Below are positions 24,530 to 38,959 of a stretch of 64,000 nucleotides of DNA, piece after piece. Numbering within the stretch: position 1 is the first letter of the stretch; each line of letters begins with the position of its first letter. The notes beneath the pieces are model-generated. The model was not told the origin of the DNA. It worked only from the letters and a program-made list of their open reading frames with translations, and searched no databases. The position numbers and the translations under genes were made by a program. The DNA lies in assembly GCF_036971445.1 (NCBI RefSeq), contig NC_091479.1, forward strand, positions 8,060,001 to 8,124,000, read 5' to 3'. This DNA is from Narcine bancroftii. Lineage: Eukaryota.

Positions 24530-25027
24530 CTGGAAAGAGACAAGAGCAAATTTTGATTGTAGATCCGGTGAGAGTGTTGGCACCACCTGCAGTGCCCCAA
24601 GTTTTCCAGCAACAAAAACCCCACCCCTCCAAACTCAGGCCTTGCTCCTGGAGGGAGCAGATCGTAGGCACTCTTTGCTTCATGCCCGACGCTGCGTCCA
24701 CCTACAGCTTCTCAGATCACAGTCTCCTGATGTTGAAATCTCTGCATTTTTGGAGCAGTGTAGGTTATTAACTGAAAAGAGACCATGACTCCTCTCACCA
24801 GCTTGGGATGTCCTGCAGCAAGTAATGGAGCATTAAAGTATTGCTTCTGTTGAGAGCTGGGAAACCATGCAGAGCAGGATCCAACAAACAGCACCGAGAT
24901 AAAACCACCAGGAAAGTTGCTTTACTGAGGTTGCTCAGGACCCTGGGTCAGGTCCCTCTCCAAACTATGCTGCTAATTACGGAGCCTCAGTTGCACATCT
25001 CACCAAGCACATCGCACTTCCAGGGGT

Positions 25028-25585
25028 TCAGCACTCCCCCGTCACCATCACCCACACCACAGCACTCCCCTGTCACCGCCACCCACACCACAGCACTCCC
25101 CTGTCACCGCCACCCACACCACAGCACTCCCCCTTCACCCACAGCACTCCCCAGTCACCATCACCCACACCACAGCACTCCCCCGTCACCGTAACCCACG
25201 CCACGGCACTCCCCTGTCACCGTCACCCACACCACAGCACTCCCCCTTCACCGTTACCCACACCGCTCCCCCATCACCATCACCCCCACAGCACTCCCCC
25301 ATCACCGTCATCCATGCCACAGCACTCCCCCTTCACCGTCACCCACACCATTCCCCCATCACCATCACCCACACCACGGCAACTCCCCCATCACCCACAC
25401 TATGGCACTACCCCGTTCCCCTGTCACCATGGCACTCCCCCATCACCCACACCATGGCATTCCGCCATCACCTACACAATGGCGCTCCCCCGTCACCATC
25501 ACCATGGCACTCCCCCATCACCATCAACTATACCACTGCACTCTCAGGTCACCCACACCACGGCACCCCTCCATCACCCACACCC
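25028..25585. repeat. Degenerate C-rich minisatellite (about 31 bp)
   Basis: Unit similar to CAGCACTCCCCTGTCACCGTCACCCACACCA. Confidence 0.85.
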
Positions 25586-26519
25586 AATATTCCCTCTGGG
25601 AGGCTCCTCCAACACCATGTTACTCGGCCCCTCGACTGTGCAACGTTCTCTCTGTCGTGTTTCTATATGCTATTGAGTCTCTGTGTGGGACGCCCCTTAA
25701 CTCAGGTGCAACTGATCCACAGAATGAACCCACCCAATGTGACCAAAAAGCATGGAACAGGCAAGGTGGAAGCAGTGAAGTGACCACAGTGAGGTTATCT
25801 GCTGTATGTAACTCCACACATCAGTTTGGAATGGGCACAGCACTGCCTCGAACAGAGATATTTCCATCCTTGGCGTGATGGCACAAATATTAACTCAATG
25901 CAGGTAATGTTTAAATTAGGTCACTCAGCGTCTGTAGAGATTGAAACAGAGTCCCGTGTTTTAGGTCCATTTCAAAATAGTTCCAGTCTCGATGGGCGAT
26001 TGGCCTACATCTGCTCCGATATCTTGTGAATTTTGTGAAATAGTTCCACTTCTGTCCCATTCTCACCTCTTGGAGAAGTATCCATATTGCACATGTACTC
26101 TACGACAGCTGGTTCCAGGAAAGGAAATCCACTGTCTTCACCCGATCTAAATTTTATTTGTAAATTTAGATGTACAGCACGGGTCATACTGGCTCATGAG
26201 CTCGTGCTGCCCAATTACACCCACATGACCCACTAACCTATTAACCCCGTAGATTTTGGAAAGGTGGGTGGAGGCCATATCACCTGAAAGAAATAAAGAG
26301 AGAGCGTACCAACACCTGACCGACAGCGGCAGATTCTAACCCGGGTGGCTGGTGCTGTGATAGGCGTTACGCCAACCATCCAGCCCAAAGTCGTGTGAGG
26401 CAACATTGTGTGCGATTCGACAGTGACTGCAGAGGGTTGTGAATGCTGCTCGGACCATCACACAACCCTCTGCTGTTGGGGTAGCCTGGGCAAGAGAAGG
26501 GACACACATCGGCCACTGT

Positions 26520-27095
26520 GGACTCGCTGGTGATGGAGAAATGGTGCAAGAGTAACAACCTGATTCTCAATGTGGACAAGATAATCGTGGATGTCAGGAG
26601 GACCAGAAACCACCACCCTCCACTACACATCAACAACTCCATAGATGAGAAGGGAGAGCACTGAGTTCCTTTGAGACAACTTGACTAGTGACCTATTGTG
26701 GACACTAAACATCTCCTCACTTGTCAGGAAGGCACAACAGTGACTGCATTTCCTGAGAAGACTGAAGCGGGAAAGGCTACCGGCCACCATCATGTCAACC
26801 TTCTATAGGAGCATCCAGCCGGCTGCATTACTGTGTGGGTACAGTTGCTGCAGAGAAATGGATCGGAGATCAATCCACAGGACCAAAGGAGTGGCAGAGA
26901 GGATCACTGGAGTCTCCCTCCCCCCATCGACGTGATCTATCGGGATCGTTATCTGAAGAGAGCGTGTAAAATCATTGAGGACCCCTTTCCACCCTGCACA
27001 CAGCATCTTTCAGCTGCTCCCGTCGGGGATCAGAGCCAGCACCACCAGGCTGAGGAAGAGCTTCTTCCCACAGTGTCAGTGAGAACGCTGACATC
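26520..27095 (+). mobile_element. Rex1/Babar-like LINE 3' fragment (host of the L1 insertion)
   Basis: NNLILNVDK..IVD.RRTRNHHPPLHINN remnant; similar to 59300-60150. Confidence 0.7.
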
Positions 27096-27111
27096 AAAAT
27101 TCCTGAGCTGC

Positions 27112-29947
27112 CCAAGAGAGATTAATGAGAACTTTAAGGAATTTTATGAACAATTAAACCAAACTGAGAATGAGGGGAAAGATGATAAAATAGAAGGGTT
27201 TTTAGCTAAAATTGAACTGCCGAAATTGCAAGAAGAGGAACAAAACAAACTGATAAAACCATTTGAGGAAGTACAGGATATATTAAAAAAGCTGCCGAAC
27301 AATAAAACACCAGGAGAGGATGGATTCCCAATAGAATTTTATAAAACATTTAAAGAGTTATTAATTCCTCCTCCCCTGGAAGTAATGAACCAGGTAGAAG
27401 AAACACAAAACTTGCCAGATTCATGTAAGACAGCAATAATTACAGAAATACCAAAGATGGGGAAGGATCCACTAACACCAGCGTCATATAGACCAATATC
27501 TCTACTTAACTCAGACTATGAGATAATAGCAAAGTTATTAGCAAACAGATTGGCCGACTATGTACCTAAAATATAAAACTAGATCAAACTGGATTTATTA
27601 AGAAAAGACGAACAGCAGATAATGTCTGTAAACTTATTAATCTAATTCACGCAGTTCAAGGAAATAAGAAACCAACAGTGGCTGTTGCTCTAGACGCAGA
27701 AAAAGCCTTTGACAGAGTAGAGTGGAATTATTTATTTAAAGTATTACAGAGGTTCAATCTACCAGAAAAATATACAAATTGGATTAAAGCATTGTATAAT
27801 GGACCGTTGGCGAAGGTAATAGTAAATGGATATGTATCAAGTCACTTTAAATTAAGTAGGTCAACTCGACAGGGATGTCCACTATCCCCCTCATTGTTCG
27901 CTTTAGCAATAGAACCTTTGGCAGAACTGATAAGAATAGAAAATAAAATAAAAGGGATAAAAATAAAGGAGGAATATAAAATCAGCTTATTTGCAGATGA
28001 CATCATAGTATACCTAACAGACCCAGAGGTATCAGTAAAAGAATTACATAAGAAATTGAAGGAATATGGAGAAATATTGGGGTACAAGATCAAGGCAAAT
28101 AAAAGTGAAATGATCCCAATGAGTAATGCGGATTATACAGAATTTAAAAAAGAATCTCCATTTAAATGGCAACTACAAGCAATCCGATACCTAGGGATCA
28201 GGTTAGATAATTTAAGACACTTGTACAAACTAAATTATCAGCCATTAATAAAGAAATTGCAGGAAGATTTAGAACATTGGAAAGAATTACCGCTAACGTT
28301 GATAGGGAGGGTAAACTGCATTAAAATTAATGTGTTCCCAAGGATACAATACTTATTGAAATCGTTGCCAATTCCCTTAACAGATAAATTCTTTAATGAA
28401 CTAAAGAGAATAATAAGGAAATTCTTGTGGAAAGGGGGGAAAACCAAGGGTAGTGTTAGATAAATTAACAGAGAGGTATAACCAAGGTGGTTTGAAGTTA
28501 CCAAACTTTAAAAATTATTATAGAGCAGCACAATTAAGGTATTTATCAGATTTTTACCAGACAAGGGAAAAACCAGACTGGACTAAGATAGAAGTAGATA
28601 AAATAGACAAGAAGGTACCAGACATATACTTGATAAGTGGGATGAAAAGCTGGTGCAATATAAAAACTCACCAGTATTGCATCATTTACTCAATATATGG
28701 AATAAGATCCATTTAGAAAGGAAAAAAACGAATGATCAAATACCAAAATTACTATTGACGCAAAATCAACTAATCCCTTTCACAATAGATAACCTTTCCT
28801 TTAGAGAATGGGAGAGAAAAGGGATCAAAAGAATAGAAAATTGTTTTTCAGAAAATAACTTAACATTTGAACAGTTGAAGTACAAATATGGAACAACTCA
28901 CAGTACAATGTTTGCATATCATCAACTGAAAACTTATTTAAAGGATAAATTGGGAAACAGACTGAGATTACCTGAAGGAAGCAGATTTGAATATGTGATT
29001 ACAGACACAGTGATAATTAAAAGATTTATAACCAACATGTACATTAAGCTGCAAGATAAGGGAAATGAAATAAACTATAAACCTAAGCAGATGTGGGAAA
29101 AGGATCTAAACATAAAGATAAAGAATGAAACATGGGAAAAGTTATGTTCTGGAACTATGAAGAATACAATAAATACAAGGTTACGCATGATACAGTATAA
29201 TTGGTTACACAGGCCTCAAAAATTAAAAGAATGGGATCCAACATTATCAGATAGATGTTTTTGCTGTAAGAAGGAAATGGGAACAACAGTACGTGCAACT
29301 TGGGCATGTGAGAAAGTGAAAATGTTTTGGGAAGAATTAAATCAGATACTAAATAAAATTACAAAAAATAACATACCAAAAAAAACAGAGATCTTTCTTC
29401 TAAGTAATACAAGAAGTAAGGAATTTGGCCTCAAATTGGATAAAGAGCAAACAAGATTCATTATGATAGCCTTAGCAGTAGCAAAAAAAATGTATAATGT
29501 CAACTTGGAAAATGGAAGAGAGCCTGAGAATACAGCAATGGTACATGGAAATGGATAAATGTATTCCATTGGAAAAAAATAACATATAATTTAAAAAATT
29601 AAGTCACATTATTAGAACAAATTTGGGAACCATACATGGAACATTACAGAGAGAGCTTGCCTCCGACCTCCACCCCCCTAAAATGGTAAGAAGACAAAAC
29701 GACTTGATCCAGTGTGTAAAAGTAGATGAGGCATTTCTCCTGTTTATTTTCATTGTGTGGAGACATTGTTTAATGGTTTTATTGTATATGTTGAATATGT
29801 TGGTTTTGGAAGGGGGTGGGAAGGGGGGAGGGAGGGCAGGGGGGAAAAAAAGGGAGAAAATGCCACTGTGTATATTTAATGAAAAACATTTGTATATATT
29901 TTGGTTGATATGGTTCACAGTGGGAAAAATAAAAAATTATCTAAAAA
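27112..29947 (+). mobile_element. L1-clade LINE, 5'-truncated, frameshifted ORF2
   Basis: KTPGEDGF, YRPISLLN, LDAEKAFDRV, RQGCPLSP, LFADD and a Cys-rich C-terminus, split over several ORFs. A-rich strand and poly-A tail. 16-bp TSD AAAATTCCTGAGCTGC at 27096-27111 and 29948-29963. Confidence 0.92.
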
Positions 29948-31131
29948 AAAATTCCTGAGCTGCGCTCACACACTCAACTTGAGAGTGTTTAATCACACCT
30001 CTTTTAGAAGGGCTAAATATCCTCTTTTAAATTTTAAAGGACTACTTTATCTTTCACAATGTATTTAGGCCTTTATGCCTCAACCCATATCCTCCAAGAC
30101 AGTGATCCCCGAAATTCATAACATTGTCATGCTGCCTAATTTGTCTAAACACTCTTGGATATGTCTACAGGTGTAGCGTGGGGAGCATTCTGGCTGATTG
30201 TATTACGGTCTGGTACAGAGGGGACAAAAAGGTTGCTAACCCAATCTGCAATATCAAAGGCACCAGTCTTTGCTCCATCGAGGACATCTACATGATGTGG
30301 TGCAAGGATTCCCATCACCCTGGCCATGCCCTCTTCACTCTGCTACCATCGGAAAAAAGGTAGACGAGGACGGCTTCTTCCCCTCTGCCATCAGATTCCT
30401 GAATGAACAATGAACCACAAGCACTGCCTCACTTTGTCTTGGTCTTTTTCTTGCACTATTTATTTTGAAATGTGGTTTACACTGTGATCTATCACAAAAC
30501 AACAAATTTTGTGACATGTTCGTGACAATAAATTCTGATTCTTCAACAAGTGCCACAATTGCATCTGCTCGACCTTTACTTCGATGGCCTGCGGTGGCCA
30601 GTAATCACTCAGGCTGCTCTTATCTTTTCCCATTCCTCGGCAGGAATTCAGACGATGACGGCAGCGTGTCAGGGGTCACGTGACCTGGCTTCCCAGCCCC
30701 GAAACGTTCTCTCTGGGCACAGGCAGTGTGCCATCACAGGCTGAATCTGCCCTCCTAACATCGCCACAAAACAGGAGAAAAGGAAAACCAGGTAGCCTGA
30801 GGAAACGAGCCACATCAACACAGTGTGAGGTACGTTGGTCTTTGAAAGCTTTCCTACTCCTGTAAATCCCAGCCTTCTCCTCCTGACGGATCCATTGTAC
30901 CAACTCGTAACAACATCAGCAGACAACACCAAGTAAGCAGTCACAACAAAAGTACTCGATCTCAATCTTTAACTGATGCACTTTTGCAGATACCCTCCTA
31001 CTGCCCAAGATTCACAAACCCATGGACCATAAGTGCTGCAGAACTGAAGCCCCTTTCCCAGAAGACAACATGATTTTTACTGTTAGAAAAATGTTTTGAG
31101 TCTTTTATTTTTGGAGTGTCTCTCTCTCTCC

Positions 31132-33730
31132 TAGAAACATAGAAAATAGGTGCAGGAGTAGGCCATTTGGCCCTTCAAGCCTACACCACCATTCATTTTG
31201 ATCATGGCTGATCATCCACTCAGTACCCTGTTCCAGCTCTCTCTCCATACCCCCGATCCCCCTAGTCATAAGTACTAAATCTAACTCTCTCTTAAATATA
31301 GCTGTGGAACCGGCTTCAATCACTTCCTGTGGCAGAGAATTCCATAAATTCACCACCCTCGGAGTGAAAAAATTCTTCCTCATTTCAGTCCTAAAGGACT
31401 TCCCTTTTATCCTTAAACTGTGACCCCCTGGTTCTAGACTTGCTCAACATTGGGAACAATCTTCCTGCATCTAGCCTGTCAAATCCCTTAAGAATTTTGA
31501 ACGTTTCTATTAAATCTCCTCTTAATCATCTAAACTCCAGCGAGTCCAAGCCCAGTCGTTCTAGCCTTTCTTCATATGCAAGTCCCGCCATCCCTGGTAT
31601 CAATCTGGTCAACCTTTTCTGCACTCTCTCCATGGCAATGATGTCCTTCCTCAAATAAGGAGACCAAAACTGAACACAATACTCCAGGTGAGGTCTCACC
31701 AAGGCCCTATACAACTGCATCAATACCTCTCTGTTCCTGTACTCAAATCCTCTTGATATGAACGCCAACATACCATTCGCCTTTTTTACTGCTTGCTGCA
31801 CCTGCCTGCCCACTTTTAATGACTGATGCACAGTGACACCCAGGTCTCTTTGCATCTCCCCTTTTCCTAATTGGATACCATTAAGATAGTACTCAGCCCT
31901 CCCATTCTTTCCTCCAAAGTGGATAACCACACACTTATCCACATTATATTGCATCTGCCATGCATTTGCCCACTCATCCAACCTGTCCAAGTCACCCTGC
32001 ACACTTTTAACAGCCTCTACACAGCTTACAACGCCACCCAGCTTCATGTCGTCTGCAAACTTGGAAATGTTGTTTTCTATTTCCTCATCTAAATTATTAA
32101 TATATATCATAAATAACTGGGGTCCTCGCACTGAGCTTTGTGGGACCCCACTAGTAACTGACTGCCATTCCGAAAAGTACTTGTTTATTCTCACTCTTTG
32201 CTTCCTATCTGTCAACCAATTCTCTATCCACCTCAATACCATATCCCCTATACCATGTGCCTTAAGTTTGTATAGTAATCTCCTGTGTGGGACCTTATCA
32301 AAAGCCTTCTGAAAATCCAGGTAAACCACATCTACTGGTTCTCCCCTACCAACTCTACTAGTTACATCCTCAAAAAATTCAATAAGATTAGTCAGACTCG
32401 ATTTTCCCTTCATAAAACCATGCTGGATCTGACCAATGAATTCACCACATTCCAGATGTGCCCCAATCACATCTTTAATAACTGACTCTAACATTTTCCC
32501 CACTACCGATGTCAAGCTAACCGGTCTATAATTCCCTGATTTCTCTTTCCCTCCCTTTTTAAAAAGTGGAGTTACATTAGCCACCCTCCAGTCCTCAGGA
32601 ACTACTCCAGAATCTAAAGAGTTTTGAAAAATGATCAACAATTCATCCACTATTTTATGGGCTACTTCCTTTAGCACTCTGGGATGCAGACCATCTGGCC
32701 CTGGGGACTTATCTGCCTTTAATCCCTTCAATTTATCCAACACAACCTCATAACTTACACTTATTTTCCCCAGTCCTTCTGTCACATTAGCCCCATGGTC
32801 CCCTATTATTTCCTGAAGATTATTCATATTTTCCCTAGTGAAGACTGAACGAAAGTAGTTATTTAATTGGTCTGCCATGTCCTTGTTCCCCATGACCAAT
32901 TCACCTGTTTCTGACTGCAAGGGACCCACATTTGTCTTTACTAGTCTCTTTCTCTTTACATATCTATAAAAACTTTTGCAGTCATTTTTTATGTTCCCTG
33001 CCAACTTTCTCTCATAATCTCTTTTGCTTTTCCTGATTAATCCCTTTGTCTTCCTCTGTCGAACTCTGAATTTCTCCCAATCCTCTGGTATTCTGTCTTT
33101 CCTGGCTTGTCTATTCGCTTCCTCTTTACACTTAATACACTCCCTGATTTCCCTTGTTATCCAAGGATGTACTACCTTCCTTGAGTTATTCTTTTCCAAA
33201 CCAGGATGAACAAACACTATATTTCATCCGGGTGATCCTTAAATGCTTGCCATTGCCTTTCTACAGTTAATCCTTTAAGTAACATTTGCCAATCTAACTT
33301 AATCAATTCGCGTCTCATACCCTCAAAGTCACCCTTCTTTAAGTTCAGAACATGAGTTACAGAATTAACCCTGTCACTTTCCATCCGAATGTAAAATTCC
33401 ACCATATTGTGGTCACTCTTGCCCAAAGGGCTTCGCACAACAAGATTGTTAACTAACCCTTCCTCATTACTCAGAACCCAGTCTAGAATGGCCTGTCCCC
33501 TCGTTAGTTCTTCAACATACTGGGTTAGAAAATTATCCCGTATACCTTCTAAGAAATCATCCTCATCAGTACCCTTACCAATTTGATTCATCCAGTCTAT
33601 ATGGAGATTAAAGTCACCCATTATAACTGCCTTGCCTTTGTTGCACGCATTTCCAATTTCCTGTTTAATGCCATCCCCAACCTCTCTACTACTGTTAGGT
33701 GATCTAAATACAACTCGCACTAACGTTTCA
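31132..33730 (-). mobile_element. CR1-clade (HER1-like) LINE, 5'-truncated, disrupted ORF2
   Basis: ORFs 33217..33720 (MGDFN, SDHN; APE) and 31526..33217 (KSPGPDG, NYRPVSLTS, YLDFQKAFDKV, SKFADD, RPHLEYCVQFWSP), with a break at about 33217. 3' tail ...CCTATTTTCTATGTTTCTAG. Confidence 0.92.
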
Positions 33731-34899
33731 AAGTGTCTCCTTATCCCTGCATAGTAAGAATTTCCCCAGTCAGAGGCTTTATCTGTAAACTTGTTGGGGT
33801 GGGGGTTAATTATCTACAATGTTATTGTTGGTCTCCGTGGAGGGGGAGGAACCTGCAGATGCAGCGATGGTTAAATGTTTTCAAAGAATGTCTGAAAATA
33901 AAGTAAAATGCTTTAAGGTTTTATATATTTATGCAGTGAAGTTTTCTCAGTGTAAGTACAGAGCAGCATTTTTATCTTTTGAACTGTTTATTCTTAATGC
34001 AGATATATTTAATTTTTAAATTTAGACATACAGCATGGTAACAGGCCATTTCGGCCCACAAGCCCCTGCCACCCAATTACACCATTTTGAAGGGTGGGAG
34101 GAATCTTGAACCCCTGGAGGACCCCCATCAAGACACGGGGAGAACGTACAAATTACTTATAGATGGCGCGAAATTCGAACTTCGGTCCCGGTTTCTGGTG
34201 CATGTGGTTACATGCTAACCACGTGACCCCAACTTATTCTTATAATGCCTATTTCTCCCTTCTTGGACTGCTGTGTGTGAACTGTACTCCAAAGGGTTTA
34301 ACAGCTTCCTAACAGTATCGAGGGTTGGGAATCAGGGTCCAGGGAGGGTGACGGTGCCTGGAACTTGGGGTCGCCACTGGAGTAGATGGGAGATGGCAGC
34401 AAACAGAGGAAGTGGTGTGTTCCATGGACACTCGATGTCTTCTCGATAGAGGCGCTAGTGTCTTTAATGCGCGGAAGTGACGGTAAAGGCGCCGTGAACC
34501 TTGCCGCAGTCCACAACGTGCTACTGATTTGGGGGTTGCAGGATTTGGACCTAGTGACCAACGTAGGATCTCCTAGGCCAACAGACTGGACCCCTCGAAC
34601 CTTTCCCAGGAACACTCAAAGCAGTGGTCTGGACGAGGAGCTGGGATGGCAGTTAGACTTGGCAAGTGTGTTCCAATGGTCAACATCACCCCACCATGCT
34701 GGGGACGATTCATCAAATGATCAAAGTACTCGTTCTTCAACCAGGTCCAACTTCAAACGTGTACCAAAGGCAGAAGAAACTCGTTGTGGCTGAACTAAAC
34801 TACAAAATGCCAAGTAAATGTTGGAGGAACTTGCAGTACCCATAGGAGGTAAAGATGTACAGTCTATCCAATGTGTAAATGTAAGTTTTAAAGTACAGT

Positions 34900-35395
34900 A
34901 CTTCTACAGCTGTACCATGGAGACAATTCTGTCTGGTTGCATCACTGTCTAGTACAGAGGTGTCAATGCACAGGGCAGGAAAACACTCCAGAGGGTTATT
35001 AACTCGGCCTGCGACATCACGGGCACCAGTCTGCACTCCGTTGAGGACATTAAGAAAGCAGCCTCTATCCTCAAAGACCCCCATCACCCAGGCCATGCCC
35101 TCTTCACTCTGCCACCATCGGGAAAAGGTACAAGAGCCTAAAGACGACCACTCAGCCACACAAGGACAGCTACTTCCCCTCTGCCATCAGATTCCTGAAT
35201 GGACCACAGGCCCTGACAAGGACAGCTACTTCCCCTTTGCCATCAGATTCCTGAATGAACCACAGGCACAGCCTCACTTTGTCTTGCACTATTTTGATTT
35301 ATTTTGTACGGTGGTTAATCTCAAGGTTTGCACCGCGATACTGTCGCAAAACAACGAATTTCGTGACTTGCCCGTGACAATAAATTCTGATTCTA
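34900..35395 (+). mobile_element. Rex1/Babar-like 3' fragment, second subfamily (related pieces at about 30150-30545 +, 50030-50270 -, 57100-57545 +)
   Basis: Shared GACCCCCATCACCCAGGCCATGCC...CCATCAGATTCCTGAA...AATAAATTCTGATTCT; internal 56-bp tandem duplication at 35161-35268. Confidence 0.7.
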
Positions 35396-35869
35396 AAGTG
35401 CTAACCAAAATAATACAGCAGAGAACATTAAGCCATTGTCGTATTTGTTTCGAAGCAGCTCAGGTCCACTTTAACAGATGTTTTGGACCTGAGCCCGTTC
35501 TCAAGGCAACAGCTGGCAAAAAGGGGAGGGGGAGGAGTCCATACCAACGAGGACAGGAGAGGGGACAGGAAAGAACAGATTGGAGGGGAAGGGACTGCTT
35601 TTTGCTCTGTGAAAGGAAACAGAAGGAAAAGTGAAGAGAGAGAGAGAGAGAGAGGCGGATCGAGAGGAGGAGAGACATCAGGGAAGATGGGGGGGGGGGG
35701 GGGGGTGCCTAACAGAAATAGGAGACGTTTGCCATTTCTACTACAATCACAGCGTCTGCAGACATTCGTGTTTCACTTCAAGATACCAAGGCCAGTTAGA
35801 AAAGGAGTCCACACGACTTTCTCAATTACGGCCCACACCAACAAACTCACCAAAGCAGAGGCTGCAGGC

Positions 35870-35986
35870 CAGTGGTTCTCAAACTTCTTTCCACTCACAG
35901 ACCTCTTTGTCATCCCTGTGCTCTGTGATTAGTAAGGGTTTACTTCAGGTGGTATGTGAGTGTGGAAATCAGTTTGAAAACCACTG
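35870..35986. mobile_element. hAT-Charlie-type MITE, single unit of the same family
   Basis: CAGTGGTTCTCAAAC...GTTTGAAAACCACTG with shared internal CTCTGTGATTAGTAAGGG. Confidence 0.75.
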
Positions 35987-37624
35987 GTGGGTGTGGAGTA
36001 AAGCTCCCTCCTTGTCCTGTGTGTGCAAGGATGGTCGTGAGAGGAGAGCTGGACAAAAGTTTAAAACTTTCAGGGTGGAACAAAAATATTGCAGGAATTT
36101 ACCAGCAATAAGGAATTTTATAAAACAGTACAAGCTGATTTCAGATTGATGGTTAGAGTACATACATGACATCACATCATCTTGTTGCTGCGGACGAGGC
36201 AGAATTACCACTATTGCCAATGCAAAAACTGACTCAACCCACACATGTAAAGAAATAAAGAAATGTAAACAAACTGTGCAATACAGGGAGGAAAAATAAA
36301 ATCAATATGGGGCAAAAGTAAGGGTCCTTCAATGTCAAGGAGTCTGATGGTGGAGGGGTAACAGTGTTCCTGAAGCAGGTGGTGCGAGTCTTGTGGCGCC
36401 CAGACCGCTTTCCAGACTCCAGTGCTGAATGAGGAGGAGGAGGAGAGGGGGGGAGGAGGAACAAGGATGGGAAGGAGGAGAGGGGGGCAGAGGAGGAGAG
36501 ACATCAGGAGGAGGTGAAGAGGGGACAGAGTGGTGGGATCGGGGTGGGGAGAAGCAGAAGAGAGGGGACAACAAGGTTCTCGTTCGGAACACGGGGACAG
36601 AGTTTGGTGCAGTGTCAAACGTTGGTCATTGCACTGTGTGGAACAGCAGTCCTGTACAGTTAGTCACTGAGTCTGATTCCACACAGCAGCAGATGGCAGC
36701 CAGTGGATTTACTTGCTGAACAAATGATTTAAGTTTGCACAATAAGATTAGATGTTTTTAAAAATAGATCGAGCATTCCTAGGGTGTTGGATTGGTGAAT
36801 AGACAGGTTCAGAGACAGTCACCTGCATTGACGGTACTCCATGACTGTTCACCAGTCCGAGCAGTGGCTTCAACAACAGCAAACATCAGGAGACGCTCTT
36901 ATCCAAGAAAGATTTGTTATCTAATAATTCAAGTTAAGCTTGTCTGAATGAAAGAGGAGTGAATTTGTTATACAACTGCTTCCAGAGCCTTGACTGAGCA
37001 TTGCAGACCATCAAGTAGTTTCCACTTGAGAGGCCCCAGCTCAAAGCACACACTGCTGCACCATCACCAGTACCATCTTTCACAAAGGCCTGTCAACCTT
37101 CCCAGATGGATCCCCTGCAGCTATTCCTGCAGAGAATGTTCCTCACTCTCTCTTTCACCCACTGCCGGCCCCAATCTGAGCTCGCACCGTCCGTCTTGTT
37201 GGCCTGACACCCTGCCCTCACATAGCCAGGTCCTCGTTTAACTCTCTCGCTGCAATCCCGCCAGCATGTCACCCTTCTGAATTCTGTGACCTCCCGCAGC
37301 CCTCAACAAACCACCAAAATCTCTGAGCTCCTGTCATCCTTCCCTTGGTCTTTCCATATTTCACAGGAGGTGGCTGCTTCAGCCCATCAGCTTTATGCTA
37401 GCTCACAGAGCAATCCCATTCACCAAACACATTTCCCAGTATCCTATTTCTCTCCCCGCCCCCCCCCCCCCACATTTGCATCAACTCCCCCACAGATAGG
37501 TCACTGTGACCAATTAACCAACCAGCATGCTTCCAGATGTGGGAGGAAACCCATTCGGCCACAGAGACAGTTGTGAAAACCAACCCTGGATGATGGGAGT
37601 GGATTTGATCTGCCAGAGAGTTTT

Positions 37625-37865
37625 AAATTAAATTTAGACGTATAGCACATTAACAGGCCATTTTGGCCCATGAACCCATGCCACCCAATGAACCTACACC
37701 CCCGGTACTTTTTGAATGGTGGGAGGAAACCGGAGCCCCCGGGGAAAATCACGCAGACACAGGGAGAACATACCAACACCTTACAGACAGCGCGGGTTTT
37801 GAACCCTAGTCCCGATTTCTGGCGCTATCAAGGCATTGCTCTAACCGCTATGCCAACCGTACTGC
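37625..37865 (-). mobile_element. tRNA-derived V-SINE (HE1-like); further copies at about 21580-21675, 26150-26385, 34015-34225, 55040-55400, 57555-57790, 61240-61422
   Basis: V-domain core TTCTCCCTGTGTCTGCGTG..TTT.CCCCGGGGGCTCCGGTTTCCTCCCAC on -, B-box-like head, CR1-like tail. Confidence 0.75.
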
Positions 37866-38319
37866 TCAAGTTTGTTACCAAGGTTACCAACTACCTATTA
37901 CATGGCATATGCAAGTCACAGATGCCTTGTCCTCAAATGTAACACATGCTTTGTCTTTTCTACACAGTTTAGTTTCCCGAACTCCAGTGGGGGAAAAAAA
38001 ATGCCTCGTCTGCTTTCTAATTAATCTATCTCAGTGGAAAACAACTCAACAATGTCACCTTGCATTGCAAATTCATCAGAATTCTTGCTTCCAGGAAAAA
38101 CTCTGGAGTGTACGTGCATCCCACATAGTCCTACTGGCAGTTCTCGAGGTCGGGAAGATTTCACCCACACCGAAGCCCTGACAGCACCGCCCCTCACCCC
38201 ACCATTCCAAGGATGGCTGGATAGACCTACCCCCTTCCCAAATCTATCCTGCATAGGTTTGCTCCACTGGTGCATCTCCCCAGTCTAATTCAACATGGAG
38301 CAAATCAACATGGGAGAGA

Positions 38320-38945
38320 GTAAAAAACACAGCACTGGAGAAACTCAGCAGGTCAAATAGTGTAGCAAAGATAAAGATGCATCACTAACATTTGGGGCTT
38401 GAGCCCATCATCAAGGTGTGAAAAAATGTCAGCAGGCGCCTGAAGGAAAAAGGGTGGGACAGGGGGAGGAGCACCTACAGGCAGGTGGCAATAGGTGGAT
38501 AAGGGAGGGAGGGTACACCAGCAAACTGGGGATGGGAGTAGCTCTGTGAATGGAGAGAGAAGGGGGTAGAGAGTAGGAGAAAAGAAGGGAGGGAGAACAG
38601 AGAGTGGGCTGGCAGAAACCAGAGAAGTCGATGTTAATGCCGTTCGGCTGGAGAGGGCCCAGATGGAAAATCAAGTGTTGTTCCTCCAATTTACAGGTGG
38701 TCTTGGTGGGATAGTACATGAGGGGCTGGACAGACACATCAGCGTGGGAGTGAGGGGCGGAATTGAAATGGTTGGTCACTGGGAGATCCCTGTCATTGAT
38801 GCGAATGGAATGACGGTGCGAAGCGAAGCGACCTCCCAGTCTGTGTCCAGTCTCTCCAATGTCGAGAGGGCCACAATAGGAGCACTGGGTGGAGTAGAGA
38901 CTCCGCAGACACACAAGTGAGCACGGGCTAGTTTTTAGGACCAAG
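38320..38945 (-). mobile_element. Penelope-like element 3' end (GIY-YIG endonuclease remnant plus tail)
   Basis: ORF 38429..38944: C..CG.L.IGETG.RL..RF..H...PV.NHFN...H...KLEEQHLIF.LG.LQPNGINIDF. Confidence 0.85.
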
Positions 38946-38959
38946 GCATTGGGAGGGCC

